The notes below the pieces were generated by a model, which saw only the letters and a list, made by a program, of their open reading frames with translations, did not search any database and was not told the DNA's origin. Shown in pieces: positions 48,519 to 57,323 of a stretch of DNA of 64,000 nucleotides. The first letter of the stretch is position 1, and each line of letters starts with the position of its first letter. A program made the translations under genes and the position numbers. The DNA comes from Polyangiaceae bacterium (GTDB lineage Bacteria > Myxococcota_A > Polyangia > Polyangiales > Polyangiaceae), in contig JANRKO010000074.1 in the NCBI GenBank assembly GCA_033763455.1, forward strand, positions 32,001 to 96,000, written 5' to 3'.

Positions 48519-50315
48519 TCAAAAGGACTTTCGGTAAAGGAAGGAATCGGTTTGTGTCAACGCGACGAGCTGCTCAATGATGCTACCCGAAGAAGTCGCG
48601 AAGCTGTTCTTCAACTGCGCAATCGAGCAGGCGTCTTCCTGAGTTTCAACGCGCCCGTACGCGAAATGGAACCAGCGAGCAGCCGCACAATCACTCACCA
48701 TGCGGCTTGAAGAGAGCTTCTGTGCAAGCTCCACCGCACCAGTAAATGGGCCGTTCACGTCTGTTTGTGCGAGCTCACCCCGAGCATCCACTGGTCGCCC
48801 AGCTTCCTCAGCGCGCCAAACACCCACTGCGTCGTAGTGCTCGAAGCCAAGGCCGATCGGATCCATTAACACGTGGCAACCACCGCAGGTAGGGTCGCTA
48901 CTGTGCGCGGCAAAGCGTTCCCTGGTTGTGAGAGCGGGGTCGAACGGAGGTACCGTAATATTGAGGTTAGTCGGTGGAGGCGGCGGGGTTTGACAGAACA
49001 AGGCGTCACGGACGAAAAACCCACGTGTTACCGGTGACCCCTGGGTGGAGTCCGAGTGCCCCGCGAGGAGGCCCGCTAAAGTCAACACGCCAGCCCGCTC
49101 GGCTGGCGGTAGCGCCACCGGGACCAGCGCATCGGCTGAACCTGGAGGCGCAATACCGTAGAACGACGCCAGCGTGTCGTTCATGTAAGACTGCCCCGCC
49201 GTCAGCAGTGCGCCCAGCGTACCCGGTCCGTCAAAGACCGTGCGCTCGATGAACACGTCCGCTTCAGAACGCATTAAGCTGGCAATCGTTGGATTGAAGG
49301 TGGGGAAGAGCGTGGCATCTTTGACCAGCTGCCCCATGGCAAAAAAATCCAACCATTGACTATGGAAGCTCACGACGTTGCCGCGAGCGCGCGGCAACTG
49401 AAGCAAGCGCCGCGCCTGAGCCGCGATCTGCTCCTTGGTGGAGAGCTCGTTCCGAGCCGCGGCTGCCAGCAGCTCCGGATCCGGCAGGCTCTGAGTCAGC
49501 AAGTAGGAAAGCCGTGAGGCACGCTCAAACTGGCCTGACTCGACGAGGCCCGGAGCTGCCGCCACGGCTGGCCCCGCCGTTGCCGCCGTTTCCATGCGGT
49601 AAAGAAACTGGGGGGCTTGCAGCATGGCCGCCATCACCATTTGTGTCGCCGCAGAGAATCCGTGAGTGGCTTTGGCAGACGTATAGAAGGCTTGCAAGCG
49701 TGAGCTCTCTTCGGCGCTCAACGGACGGCGGTAAGCGCGCTCGCCAACCGTAGTAATCAGCTGCGTGGCGCAGGCATCCTCACCTGCCGTGGCCGGATCG
49801 CAGCCAGCTAGAGCTGGAATTTTCATGGCGCCAGCCGTGGCCAGGCTCTGCGCAGCTCCTTCATAGAGTTCGATAAGGATGAGGCTGCTACCTCGCAAAG
49901 ATGCATTGTTGTCGAAGCCGTAGAAGCGCTCCTCCAGCGGGAAGGCACGCGCAGGTGCGTCAACTACGCCGAGCAGATCCTGGACGGTGTTGTCGTATTC
50001 GGTGTGGTTGAGGCGACGCAGCGGAGAATCGCCGGGGGAAATCGCGGTGGGATCGGTACAAGCGGTTGCCGCAGCTGCGCCTCCGGTGCCCAGCGGAAGA
50101 CCTCCCCCCATGCCTTGGGGCGGCTGGAGTGGATTTAACGCGCTACCGTTTCCCCCCGTTCCTGACTGACCTGGGCCCGGTTCACCCGCACCGGGGAGAC
50201 CCGCATTGGGGCCCCCAGGCGACCCACCAGAGCTCCGCGTTGCGGAACTACAACCGGCCGTGCCGACGGCCCAAAGCAGCGCCCCAAGCGCGCTATAGCG
50301 ATGCAACAATGCCAT
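48519..50315 (-). CDS. DUF1587/1595/1592/1588/1585 lipoprotein with CxxCH motif
   Basis: Lipobox TAGC; RRLN..EYDNTV.DL, RAYRRP, ASRLSY, SPVTRG, CGGCH..MDPIG.GFEHYD. Confidence 0.9.
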   Translation of the reverse strand: MALLHRYSALGALLWAVGTAGCSSATRSSGGSPGGPNAGLPGAGEPGPGQSGTGGNGSALNPLQPPQGMGGGLPLGTGGAAAATACTDPTAISPGDSPLRRLNHTEYDNTVQDLLGVVDAPARAFPLEERFYGFDNNASLRGSSLILIELYEGAAQSLATAGAMKIPALAGCDPATAGEDACATQLITTVGERAYRRPLSAEESSRLQAFYTSAKATHGFSAATQMVMAAMLQAPQFLYRMETAATAGPAVAAAPGLVESGQFERASRLSYLLTQSLPDPELLAAAARNELSTKEQIAAQARRLLQLPRARGNVVSFHSQWLDFFAMGQLVKDATLFPTFNPTIASLMRSEADVFIERTVFDGPGTLGALLTAGQSYMNDTLASFYGIAPPGSADALVPVALPPAERAGVLTLAGLLAGHSDSTQGSPVTRGFFVRDALFCQTPPPPPTNLNITVPPFDPALTTRERFAAHSSDPTCGGCHVLMDPIGLGFEHYDAVGVWRAEEAGRPVDARGELAQTDVNGPFTGAVELAQKLSSSRMVSDCAAARWFHFAYGRVETQEDACSIAQLKNSFATSSGSIIEQLVALTQTDSFLYRKSF

Positions 50316-50420
50316 GGTGTGTACCTGCGCGTGGTGCAAGTGAATGGGCGGAAATACCGCCCAGAGGCTGAAGGAAATAGCCAATCGCGTGCGGCGAACA
50401 ACTTCGCCGACACCACAAGG

Positions 50421-50482
50421 ACCTTAGCCGCTGCCGCTCTGCCCGTCATTCAACGCTTTTGTACGGGGCTCCACATTTCGCA
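50421..50482 (-). promoter_or_regulatory. Promoter with the same architecture as 42530-42591
   Basis: Minus strand TGCGAAATGT-N10-ACAAAAGCGT-N3-ATGACG-N17-TAAGGT. Confidence 0.5.
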
Positions 50483-50653
50483 TTCTTGGGGTACCGAGAG
50501 GCGGCCGAGGGTGTGTTGGCGTGCGCGTGCTCGACTTCGGATCGGCTTAACTTCGAGAACTGGACGGTGAATGTCCGTCACGATCAGGGTCTCGCCTGTT
50601 TCCTCGACCCGACGGGAGTACGCCAGCATCCTCTCACCTGCACCACAAGTCAT
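50450..50653 (-). pseudogene. Degenerate Phd/YefM-like antitoxin remnant
   Basis: MLAYSRRVEETGETLIVTDIHRPVLEVKPI resembles Phd core; N-terminus degenerate; no intact toxin follows. Confidence 0.55.
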
Positions 50654-50709
50654 GCGGGTGCCATGGTTTGACAGGCCGGAGACTTCGAGGTTATGGGCAA
50701 GGTGGTCTC

Positions 50710-51912
50710 GTGGCTTCAGGCTTCATCGATAGAGCGGGAGAGGCAGCAGGCTCTGCAGAGTTCTTGGAGTGGCTCGCGTCAGACCTCGCTGCGAGCGAAA
50801 ATCCAGCCAGTCTGATCGAGCGCTTTGGGCACGGGCTGGCTGACATGGGGACTGGGGTAACGCGCATCAGCGCCTGGTTACCCACCTCGCATCCGGAGCT
50901 ATGGGGAACTCAGATCGTATGGGTGGCGGGCTCGGCCGCCGAAGTCGTCCCACGAAGTCACGACATCCTGCAAACTGACACCTATCTGAACACTCCAGGA
51001 GAGGCCGTGTATGCGCAGGGCGCACCATTGCGTTGGCGGTTGGATGGCGATGCGCAAACGCTGCCGTATCCAATGCTGCGCAAGTTCGCTGAAGAGGGCT
51101 ACACGGATTACTACATTCGGCCATTTTTGCTGCACAACGAGCAAGCATGGATCGCGCTGGTATCGAGCAAGCCAGGTGGGCTCACGGGTTTCGAGCTAGA
51201 GAAGATAGAAGAGTTGTGCCGCAAGCTCGGTTGGAAGATCCGCGTCGCCGTTTCACATGAGAGCTTGGCTTCACTCTTGCGCGTTTATCTCGGCCAAAAC
51301 GCCGCGCAGCGGGTGCTTGGCGGACAGTTTCGGCGCGGTACCGGCTCGACCATCGATGCTGCCATCTGGTTCTGCGATCTCAGAGGCTTTTCCCAGTTGA
51401 GCGATGCATCACCACCGACGGAGATGGTGAAGATCTTGGACGAGTACTTCGAGGCCGTCGCAGGTCCCATCGAAGATGCGGGCGGCGAGATCTTGAAGTT
51501 CATTGGCGATGCGGTGATGGCGGTGTTTCCGTTCGACGAGGATAAGGCGAGCGTGTGCCGGCGAGCGCTCTCGGCGGCAGAGAAAGCCTTCGTTGCTCTG
51601 GCAGCGCGGCCTGGCCCAAAGTTGCAGATCGGCATCGGCCTGCATTGCGGGGAGGTGTACTACGGGAACATTGGCGGGCGATCGCGCCTCGACTTCACCG
51701 TGATAGGAGCGGCTGTCAACGAGGCCTGCCGCATTGAGTCCCTGTGCAAAGATCTGGTATGTCCGCTGTTGATGTCGGCCCAGTTTGCCCAGCATCTTAA
51801 GGGAATTGCGCTGACCTCCTTCGGCCAACAGCAATTGAAAGGTGTAGCGCAGCCGCGTGAGGTGTTGACTCTGACAAGCCTCGCAGCCGAGCGCTCACAT
51901 GCAGCGCCATGA
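50710..51912 (+). CDS. Class III adenylate/guanylate cyclase with GAF-like N-terminus
   Basis: FCDLRGFS, KFIGDAVMAVF, GIGLH.G.V.YGNIG..RLDFTVIG..VNEA.RIE. Confidence 0.92.
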   Translation: MASGFIDRAGEAAGSAEFLEWLASDLAASENPASLIERFGHGLADMGTGVTRISAWLPTSHPELWGTQIVWVAGSAAEVVPRSHDILQTDTYLNTPGEAVYAQGAPLRWRLDGDAQTLPYPMLRKFAEEGYTDYYIRPFLLHNEQAWIALVSSKPGGLTGFELEKIEELCRKLGWKIRVAVSHESLASLLRVYLGQNAAQRVLGGQFRRGTGSTIDAAIWFCDLRGFSQLSDASPPTEMVKILDEYFEAVAGPIEDAGGEILKFIGDAVMAVFPFDEDKASVCRRALSAAEKAFVALAARPGPKLQIGIGLHCGEVYYGNIGGRSRLDFTVIGAAVNEACRIESLCKDLVCPLLMSAQFAQHLKGIALTSFGQQQLKGVAQPREVLTLTSLAAERSHAAP

Positions 51913-52514
51913 CTGATTCCCTCCTGTACCGTCCCGGTCACCGTCAGCTGCAAGCCGAGTTTCAGAGCGAGCGTATCGCTGACCGGCTTGAAGAAGTGAA
52001 TCTGAGAACGGAGTTCAGCGAGAAGGACCAGGCCTTCGTCGAACGGGCGCCGTTCTTCTTTCTGGCAACCGTGGACGGCGAAGGGCAGCCCAGTGTGTCG
52101 TATAAAGGGGGCCTTCCCGGCTTCGTGCGTGTGGTGGGGAAAGCCGAGCTCGCGTACCCAGACTATGATGGCAACGGCATGTTCATGAGCCTCGGCAACG
52201 TGCTCGAAAACCCGAAGATATGCATGCTATTCATTGATTTCGAAACACCTGCACGCCTTGTGGTGCGCGGTCGCGCCAGTATTCATCGCGACGATCCGCT
52301 GCTTGCGCACACCGTTGGTGCTCAACTCATCGTGCGTGTGGCGGCAGAGTCGATCTATCCTAATTGCCCTCGCTACATACACCGCATGAAGTTACTCGAA
52401 CCCTCGGAATACGCCCCACAAGTTACCAAGCCACCCGTGGAGCCTGCCTGGAAGTCTTTCCCGGAATTTCGTGACTTCGTGCCCCCACGCCGGCCGACCG
52501 CGAGTGGCCGCTGA
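51909..52514 (+). CDS. Pyridoxamine 5'-phosphate oxidase family FMN-binding protein
   Basis: FFFLAT, SYKGG.PGFV, PDYDGNGMF.SLGN, NCPRYIH. Confidence 0.88.
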   Translation: MTDSLLYRPGHRQLQAEFQSERIADRLEEVNLRTEFSEKDQAFVERAPFFFLATVDGEGQPSVSYKGGLPGFVRVVGKAELAYPDYDGNGMFMSLGNVLENPKICMLFIDFETPARLVVRGRASIHRDDPLLAHTVGAQLIVRVAAESIYPNCPRYIHRMKLLEPSEYAPQVTKPPVEPAWKSFPEFRDFVPPRRPTASGR

Positions 52515-52700
52515 GGGATCGGTTTAGCGGCGTATTGAGGCCGACGGAGACGCATTTCGGTCACCCCCCTCCCCAAAACCCAAATCCGTCATTTAAGCCA
52601 GCCGGATGAGGGAAGAGTCAGGGAAGAGCCCCCGCCCTTGAAAAGCAGGGGCCGTTGTGTGAAGGTGCCGCGCCCCAAAACCCCCGAGGAATGCCCCTGA

Positions 52701-52922
52701 ATGAGCAAAGGTGATCTTTTAGAAATGGAAGGCGTCATTCAAGACGCCCTCGGGGGCGGTCAATACACCGTCAAAGTGGACCAGGCGGAGGCCGTTGTCC
52801 GTGCTCAGCTGTCGGGTCGGATGCGTCGCCACCACATTCGCGTGCTCCCTGGTGACCGTGTTCGAGTTGCCGTCTCTCCGTACGATCTCAGTCACGGGTT
52901 GATCGTTTACCGCGGTAAGTAA
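52701..52922 (+). CDS. infA: Translation initiation factor IF-1
   Basis: MEG.I...L, A.LSGRMR..HIRVLPGDRV.V..SPYDL..G.I.YR. Confidence 0.93.
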   Translation: MSKGDLLEMEGVIQDALGGGQYTVKVDQAEAVVRAQLSGRMRRHHIRVLPGDRVRVAVSPYDLSHGLIVYRGK

Positions 52923-52927
52923 GTAGG

Positions 52928-53968
52928 GTGGTTCTTTCAGTGCTCTGGCAGCGCCGTCTGGTGTTGAAGAGTACTTGTTGGGCGCGGTGGGTGCGCCTCG
53001 TGGCGATTATCTGCATTATTTGTTGGGGCTGTCGCTCTGAGAAGGCTCCTGCTGAGCGTCGCGACCCGATAAAGCCACTCCAGATTCCGGCGACTGCGTC
53101 GAGCGGTCTGAGTGCAGCTGGGCGCCCCGCAATCCTCTATTTGCCTGGCAGTGGTTTGGGAATTGTGCCATCGGCTCCTTTAGAGCAGCCTCGTGGAATT
53201 TGGGACCACGCACTCGACGCACGGCGCCGCTGCCCAAGCGAGATGGTGGATATTGAAGGCGAGTTCTGCGTCGATCGTTACGAAGCTAGCTTGGTAGATC
53301 GCGGTACGCGGCGACCTTTGTCCCCGTATTTTCCCCCCAGCCGCGGGGACATTCAGGCTTCATTGGAACGGGGGGAGCTCTTGCGCGAGCGAGCACCCAC
53401 CGCTCTTGGGCGCAGCATGCCGATACCTCAACCAGCGGAATACGAACTTACGGGCGAGGTGACGCCCATGGCCGTCTCACTTCCCGGGGAACTTCCGCAC
53501 GGATATATGAGTGGGCAAACGGCGACTTCCGCGTGTCGCAATGCCGGCAAGAGGCTCTGCACGGCCAGTGAATGGCGGCGGGCTTGCCGGGGGCAGGGCC
53601 GCTCGAGGTTCCCGTACGGTAATGAGTATCGCCAGGGCGCATGCAACGTGTTTCGTGCGACTCACCCCGCCAGGGTGCTCCATGCCGATCCTTCGCTTCA
53701 CCACCTGGATCCCCGCCTCAACCTCGTCACTGACAGTGAGGGGCCCCTGCTTCGCAAGACGGGTGCGGTTGGCACCTGCCGGAGCGCATTCGGAAGCGAT
53801 GCGGTTTACGACATGGTGGGCAACCTCGACGAATGGGTTGCGGGGCCGCCCGGCGTATTTCTGGGGGGATTTTACTCCCGCGCGACGCGGGAGGGCTGCG
53901 ACGCTGAGATCTCATCCCATGCCTTCGAATACCTCGATTACAGTCTCGGCTTCCGCTGTTGCCTCTAG
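52928..53968 (+). CDS. FGE-sulfatase/SUMF1-like domain lipoprotein
   Basis: CVDRYEA, C...GKRLCT..EW..AC, YDMVGNLDEW, GFRCC; start uncertain. Confidence 0.85.
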   Translation: MVLSVLWQRRLVLKSTCWARWVRLVAIICIICWGCRSEKAPAERRDPIKPLQIPATASSGLSAAGRPAILYLPGSGLGIVPSAPLEQPRGIWDHALDARRRCPSEMVDIEGEFCVDRYEASLVDRGTRRPLSPYFPPSRGDIQASLERGELLRERAPTALGRSMPIPQPAEYELTGEVTPMAVSLPGELPHGYMSGQTATSACRNAGKRLCTASEWRRACRGQGRSRFPYGNEYRQGACNVFRATHPARVLHADPSLHHLDPRLNLVTDSEGPLLRKTGAVGTCRSAFGSDAVYDMVGNLDEWVAGPPGVFLGGFYSRATREGCDAEISSHAFEYLDYSLGFRCCL

Positions 53969-54082
53969 GTTAGGGTGCCCCAATCGCGCACGGGGCAGCG
54001 CAAAACTCACGAAGATTTGGCCCATTGGGGGCGCTTTTTGCATACTCGCCGCGTGGCTCGAATGTCGCTTCACGCGCGGAGC

Positions 54083-56098
54083 ATGAGCCGCCTTAGGAGG
54101 ATCAGAAAATCGCGACGCCTTCGGCGTTGGGGCACGGTCGTGCTTTTTGCACTCACCAACCCGACCACCCATCCGTTGCCGTCCCCCGGCCTTATCGCGA
54201 AAACTCCCGAAGCCGCGCTCAGCATGCTGCTCGCCCGACGAAAGATCATTGCAGGCGAGCGCAATGTTCATTTCTTCGAAGACTGCAAGACCAAGTGGTT
54301 CTGCTACCTGCGCGGCCGGGGCGTTATCGCTCTTGGCCACCGACTCAACGCTTTGCCGGATATCTACCTGTTGCACGCGCGCTCCTCCCTTGAAGAGCGC
54401 CACGTCTTGGGGCTCTCCTTAACCTACAACACCACCCACACGCGCCTGGCCGAAGAAACCGAACTGGTGGTGGAGCCACCTTTCGCAGCCTGGACGATCT
54501 CCGACGGGGAGCGTTCGCAGATATTCCTCGCGGACACGCGTGGAGAGCCATCCCCGGTTGGACCGGATTGGACGCGGTTCAATCGCCTCCAGAATGCTCT
54601 CACTAATTTTCAGGAAACAGGTCAATTTGACGGCATCGGGCTGCGCTCATTTGAGCACCCACAAGCGCTCGGGATCCGGTTGGGCTTCGAGGGGGGAGCA
54701 CTCAAGGTCGAAACCCGGGCAGGCGTATCTCGCATTCCACTTGAGACCGGGAAGAAGCCGAGCGGTCTTGCGATCAAGGAAACGACCCAACCCAAAGCTC
54801 GCCCTGGCAACTTCGTAACCTGGGCCGTGGACCGCCTGCGGGCCGTACCTTGGATTGGAGCTTCGGGCATCGATTGGCTCAAGGCCGTCGCGTACAAAGC
54901 CGACGACGGACTCAACCAGATAAAGAGCGACGTATTAGCGGATGATGGCAAGGACGCGGTGGAAGAAGCCTTGGGCTCGCTTTCTGCGGTCAAGGAGCTC
55001 AAGAAAACCACCGATGTCTCCGGTTGGCCACCTGCTGCCATTGCACCGCTCTTTCGCAGATCTTTGCCCAATGAAGGGAAGTGGGCCTCCCTCGAAGGCG
55101 ACCCGTTCGTGGGGACTTTCGATGGGCATGCGCCATTTGCAACCACATTCCTGCGCATCGATCCTGCCCGCTCTTACTCACAAATGTTCGTAACGTTGTG
55201 GGATCCACGCCGCGTTAGCCTGCACATGGTGTGCGGAACCGTCGAGCCGCGCAGCGCCACAGCTGAGGTGGGTAGTGGAATTATTCCCCACGAGCCAGCC
55301 GTTATGGAGCGAGTTGTTGCCGCTTTTAACGGCGGCTTTCAGGCGATGCACGGCGAGTTTGGCATGATGGCCGATGACATCGTCTACCTTCCGCCCAAGC
55401 CGTATGCGGCCACAATTGCCGAAACGCGGGACGGGGCAACAGCGTTCGGAACGTGGCCCGACTCGAATGTGATCCCCTACGGGCTGCTTTCGTTTCGCCA
55501 GAACCTCTCGCCACTTGTGGTGGATGGGCAGATCAACCCTTACCGCCGCCATTGGTGGGGTGGCATGCCGGAGGGGTGGACGGAGGAATCTCGCACCGTG
55601 CGAAGCGCGATTTGCCTCACGCGCGACAACTTCGTGGCGTATTTTTACGGAAATAGTGCGGACCCAGGCCAATTGGCAAGGGCGCTGCAGCTCGTTGGTT
55701 GCACGTACGGAATTCATTTGGACATGAACTCTGGGCACAGCGGGTTTGAGTTCTATCGTGTTGCGAAAAAGGGCAATCTGCGGCCTCTGCCGACGCCCAT
55801 CGAAGAATCTTGGCAGGCCGAAGGTGACGTGCCAGAAATGCCCGGTTACAGATTCCAAGCGCGGCTCATGACTAAATCCACCACGCTTATGAACTTTCCT
55901 CGTTATATTCACCGTTCAACGCGCGATTTCTTCTACCTCACGCTGCGCGATGCGCCGGTGCCCACCGAGCGTGCCGTGGCACGCATTTTCCCGAATACGC
56001 CCATATTACCGCCTACAAAGTGGGCGTTTATGCAGGAGCGGCCCGCTCAAGCTGCGGTGCGCGAACCCAAACCTGAAACTGTGAAGGACGTTCGCTAG
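54083..56098 (+). CDS. Hypothetical protein with phosphodiester-glycosidase-like C-terminal region
   Basis: AAFNGGF, RQNL.PLV..G, TVRSAIC, GIHLDMN.GH. Confidence 0.65.
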   Translation: MSRLRRIRKSRRLRRWGTVVLFALTNPTTHPLPSPGLIAKTPEAALSMLLARRKIIAGERNVHFFEDCKTKWFCYLRGRGVIALGHRLNALPDIYLLHARSSLEERHVLGLSLTYNTTHTRLAEETELVVEPPFAAWTISDGERSQIFLADTRGEPSPVGPDWTRFNRLQNALTNFQETGQFDGIGLRSFEHPQALGIRLGFEGGALKVETRAGVSRIPLETGKKPSGLAIKETTQPKARPGNFVTWAVDRLRAVPWIGASGIDWLKAVAYKADDGLNQIKSDVLADDGKDAVEEALGSLSAVKELKKTTDVSGWPPAAIAPLFRRSLPNEGKWASLEGDPFVGTFDGHAPFATTFLRIDPARSYSQMFVTLWDPRRVSLHMVCGTVEPRSATAEVGSGIIPHEPAVMERVVAAFNGGFQAMHGEFGMMADDIVYLPPKPYAATIAETRDGATAFGTWPDSNVIPYGLLSFRQNLSPLVVDGQINPYRRHWWGGMPEGWTEESRTVRSAICLTRDNFVAYFYGNSADPGQLARALQLVGCTYGIHLDMNSGHSGFEFYRVAKKGNLRPLPTPIEESWQAEGDVPEMPGYRFQARLMTKSTTLMNFPRYIHRSTRDFFYLTLRDAPVPTERAVARIFPNTPILPPTKWAFMQERPAQAAVREPKPETVKDVR

Positions 56099-56099
56099 C

Positions 56100-57323
56100 G
56101 TGAACGCCGCCAAGATCGCAATCGGCGCAGCGTTACTCGTCGCACTTCTGGCCGCCGTTATGGTTTCTGTCCAATTCCGGAATTCGCAAGCAACCGGAGC
56201 CACCTCCTTCGGGCCCGGAAAATCTGTGCGAGACCTGAAGAGGATGCCGGACAGCGCGGGTCTGGATGGTCAAGATGCAGGTGCCGAGGGCACGGGTGGG
56301 CAAGGCCAGAGCGAGCCAGGTTCCCTCCCGTCCTCTTCGACAGTCGAAACGCTGCCTCAGTTTCCGGCGGAGTTCGCGGAAAGCACACGTGAGCTTCGCC
56401 CGTTGGACGTCCAGCGCGAAGCGCTCCTCCAGATAATGAGCGAGTACTTTTCGCTAGATACGGATGTCGTGCAAAAGCTCGCGGGAATTTTCAACAACTC
56501 ACCCTATTTGGGGCAGGGATTGCCCAAAGTCACCGAACATCCCATGAGCCGTGCCCAGTGCCTAAAGGTCCGGGCGCCGCTCGGGGTGCTCGATTCTGAT
56601 GCGGCGGCCTGCGGAGCCAAGAACATGTCCCGCGTCTACGCGCGTTCCCGGGGCGAGATGGCGAGCACGGCTAACTTGTGTGTTGATCGCTTCGAGTTCC
56701 CGAATATCCCCTGTGAATATCCCTTAACTTGGGTGCGTTCGAGTGCAGCCGCCCAGATCTGCGAGGTCCTTGGCAAGCGCCTGTGTGATGCCCATGAGTG
56801 GGAGGGCGCCTGCGCCGGGGACCTTCGGCCGCCCGAGGAAGAGTATTTTTTCGGTAAACCACGCCTTCAAGCTGAATATCTGTCGAATCAGCGCCGGGAG
56901 TTGGTGTGGAGCTATGGGTCTGTGAAAAATCACGCGCTGTGCGGTACAGGTGCTCTGAAGAGCCCCGAGTGTTTTGCGAGCGGGGTAAAATGCGGCTCGA
57001 ACACCTTCCCTGCGGGGTCCTTCCCGGAGTGCAAAAGCGCCTTTGACGTTTACGATTTGCACGGCAATGCCGCCGAACACATGAATCTACCGCTTGAGTC
57101 GAAGCAGTTAACTAGTAGAGGTGGTTCTGGTCGTACTGAGATGAAAGGTAGCTGGTTCATCTTCCAACAGAAAGAAGCCCACCCGGATGATTGCCGTTGG
57201 CGCGCCAAGAACTGGCACGGCAGCGACGTAGACGACCCGCACAGCCACCATAACTATCACCTAGGCTTTCGCTGCTGCAAAACGCTTGGCAAAAGTTCGG
57301 ACGCCAACCCAGCAAAACGTTGA
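56100..57323 (+). CDS. FGE-sulfatase/SUMF1-like domain protein
   Basis: N-terminal TM; CVDRFEFPN, GKRLCDAHEWEGAC, YDLHGNAAE, GFRCC. Confidence 0.85.
   Translation: MNAAKIAIGAALLVALLAAVMVSVQFRNSQATGATSFGPGKSVRDLKRMPDSAGLDGQDAGAEGTGGQGQSEPGSLPSSSTVETLPQFPAEFAESTRELRPLDVQREALLQIMSEYFSLDTDVVQKLAGIFNNSPYLGQGLPKVTEHPMSRAQCLKVRAPLGVLDSDAAACGAKNMSRVYARSRGEMASTANLCVDRFEFPNIPCEYPLTWVRSSAAAQICEVLGKRLCDAHEWEGACAGDLRPPEEEYFFGKPRLQAEYLSNQRRELVWSYGSVKNHALCGTGALKSPECFASGVKCGSNTFPAGSFPECKSAFDVYDLHGNAAEHMNLPLESKQLTSRGGSGRTEMKGSWFIFQQKEAHPDDCRWRAKNWHGSDVDDPHSHHNYHLGFRCCKTLGKSSDANPAKR

Noticed and set aside
50135..50449. PIN toxin remnant after the decayed Phd
   Set aside because: Only a faint VLVVSA resemblance; no acidic PIN motifs; overlaps DUF1592 promoter and gene
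52928..57323. Diversity-generating retroelement targeting the FGE-like genes
   Set aside because: No reverse transcriptase and no template/variable repeat pair seen; the two 3' ends share only protein motifs
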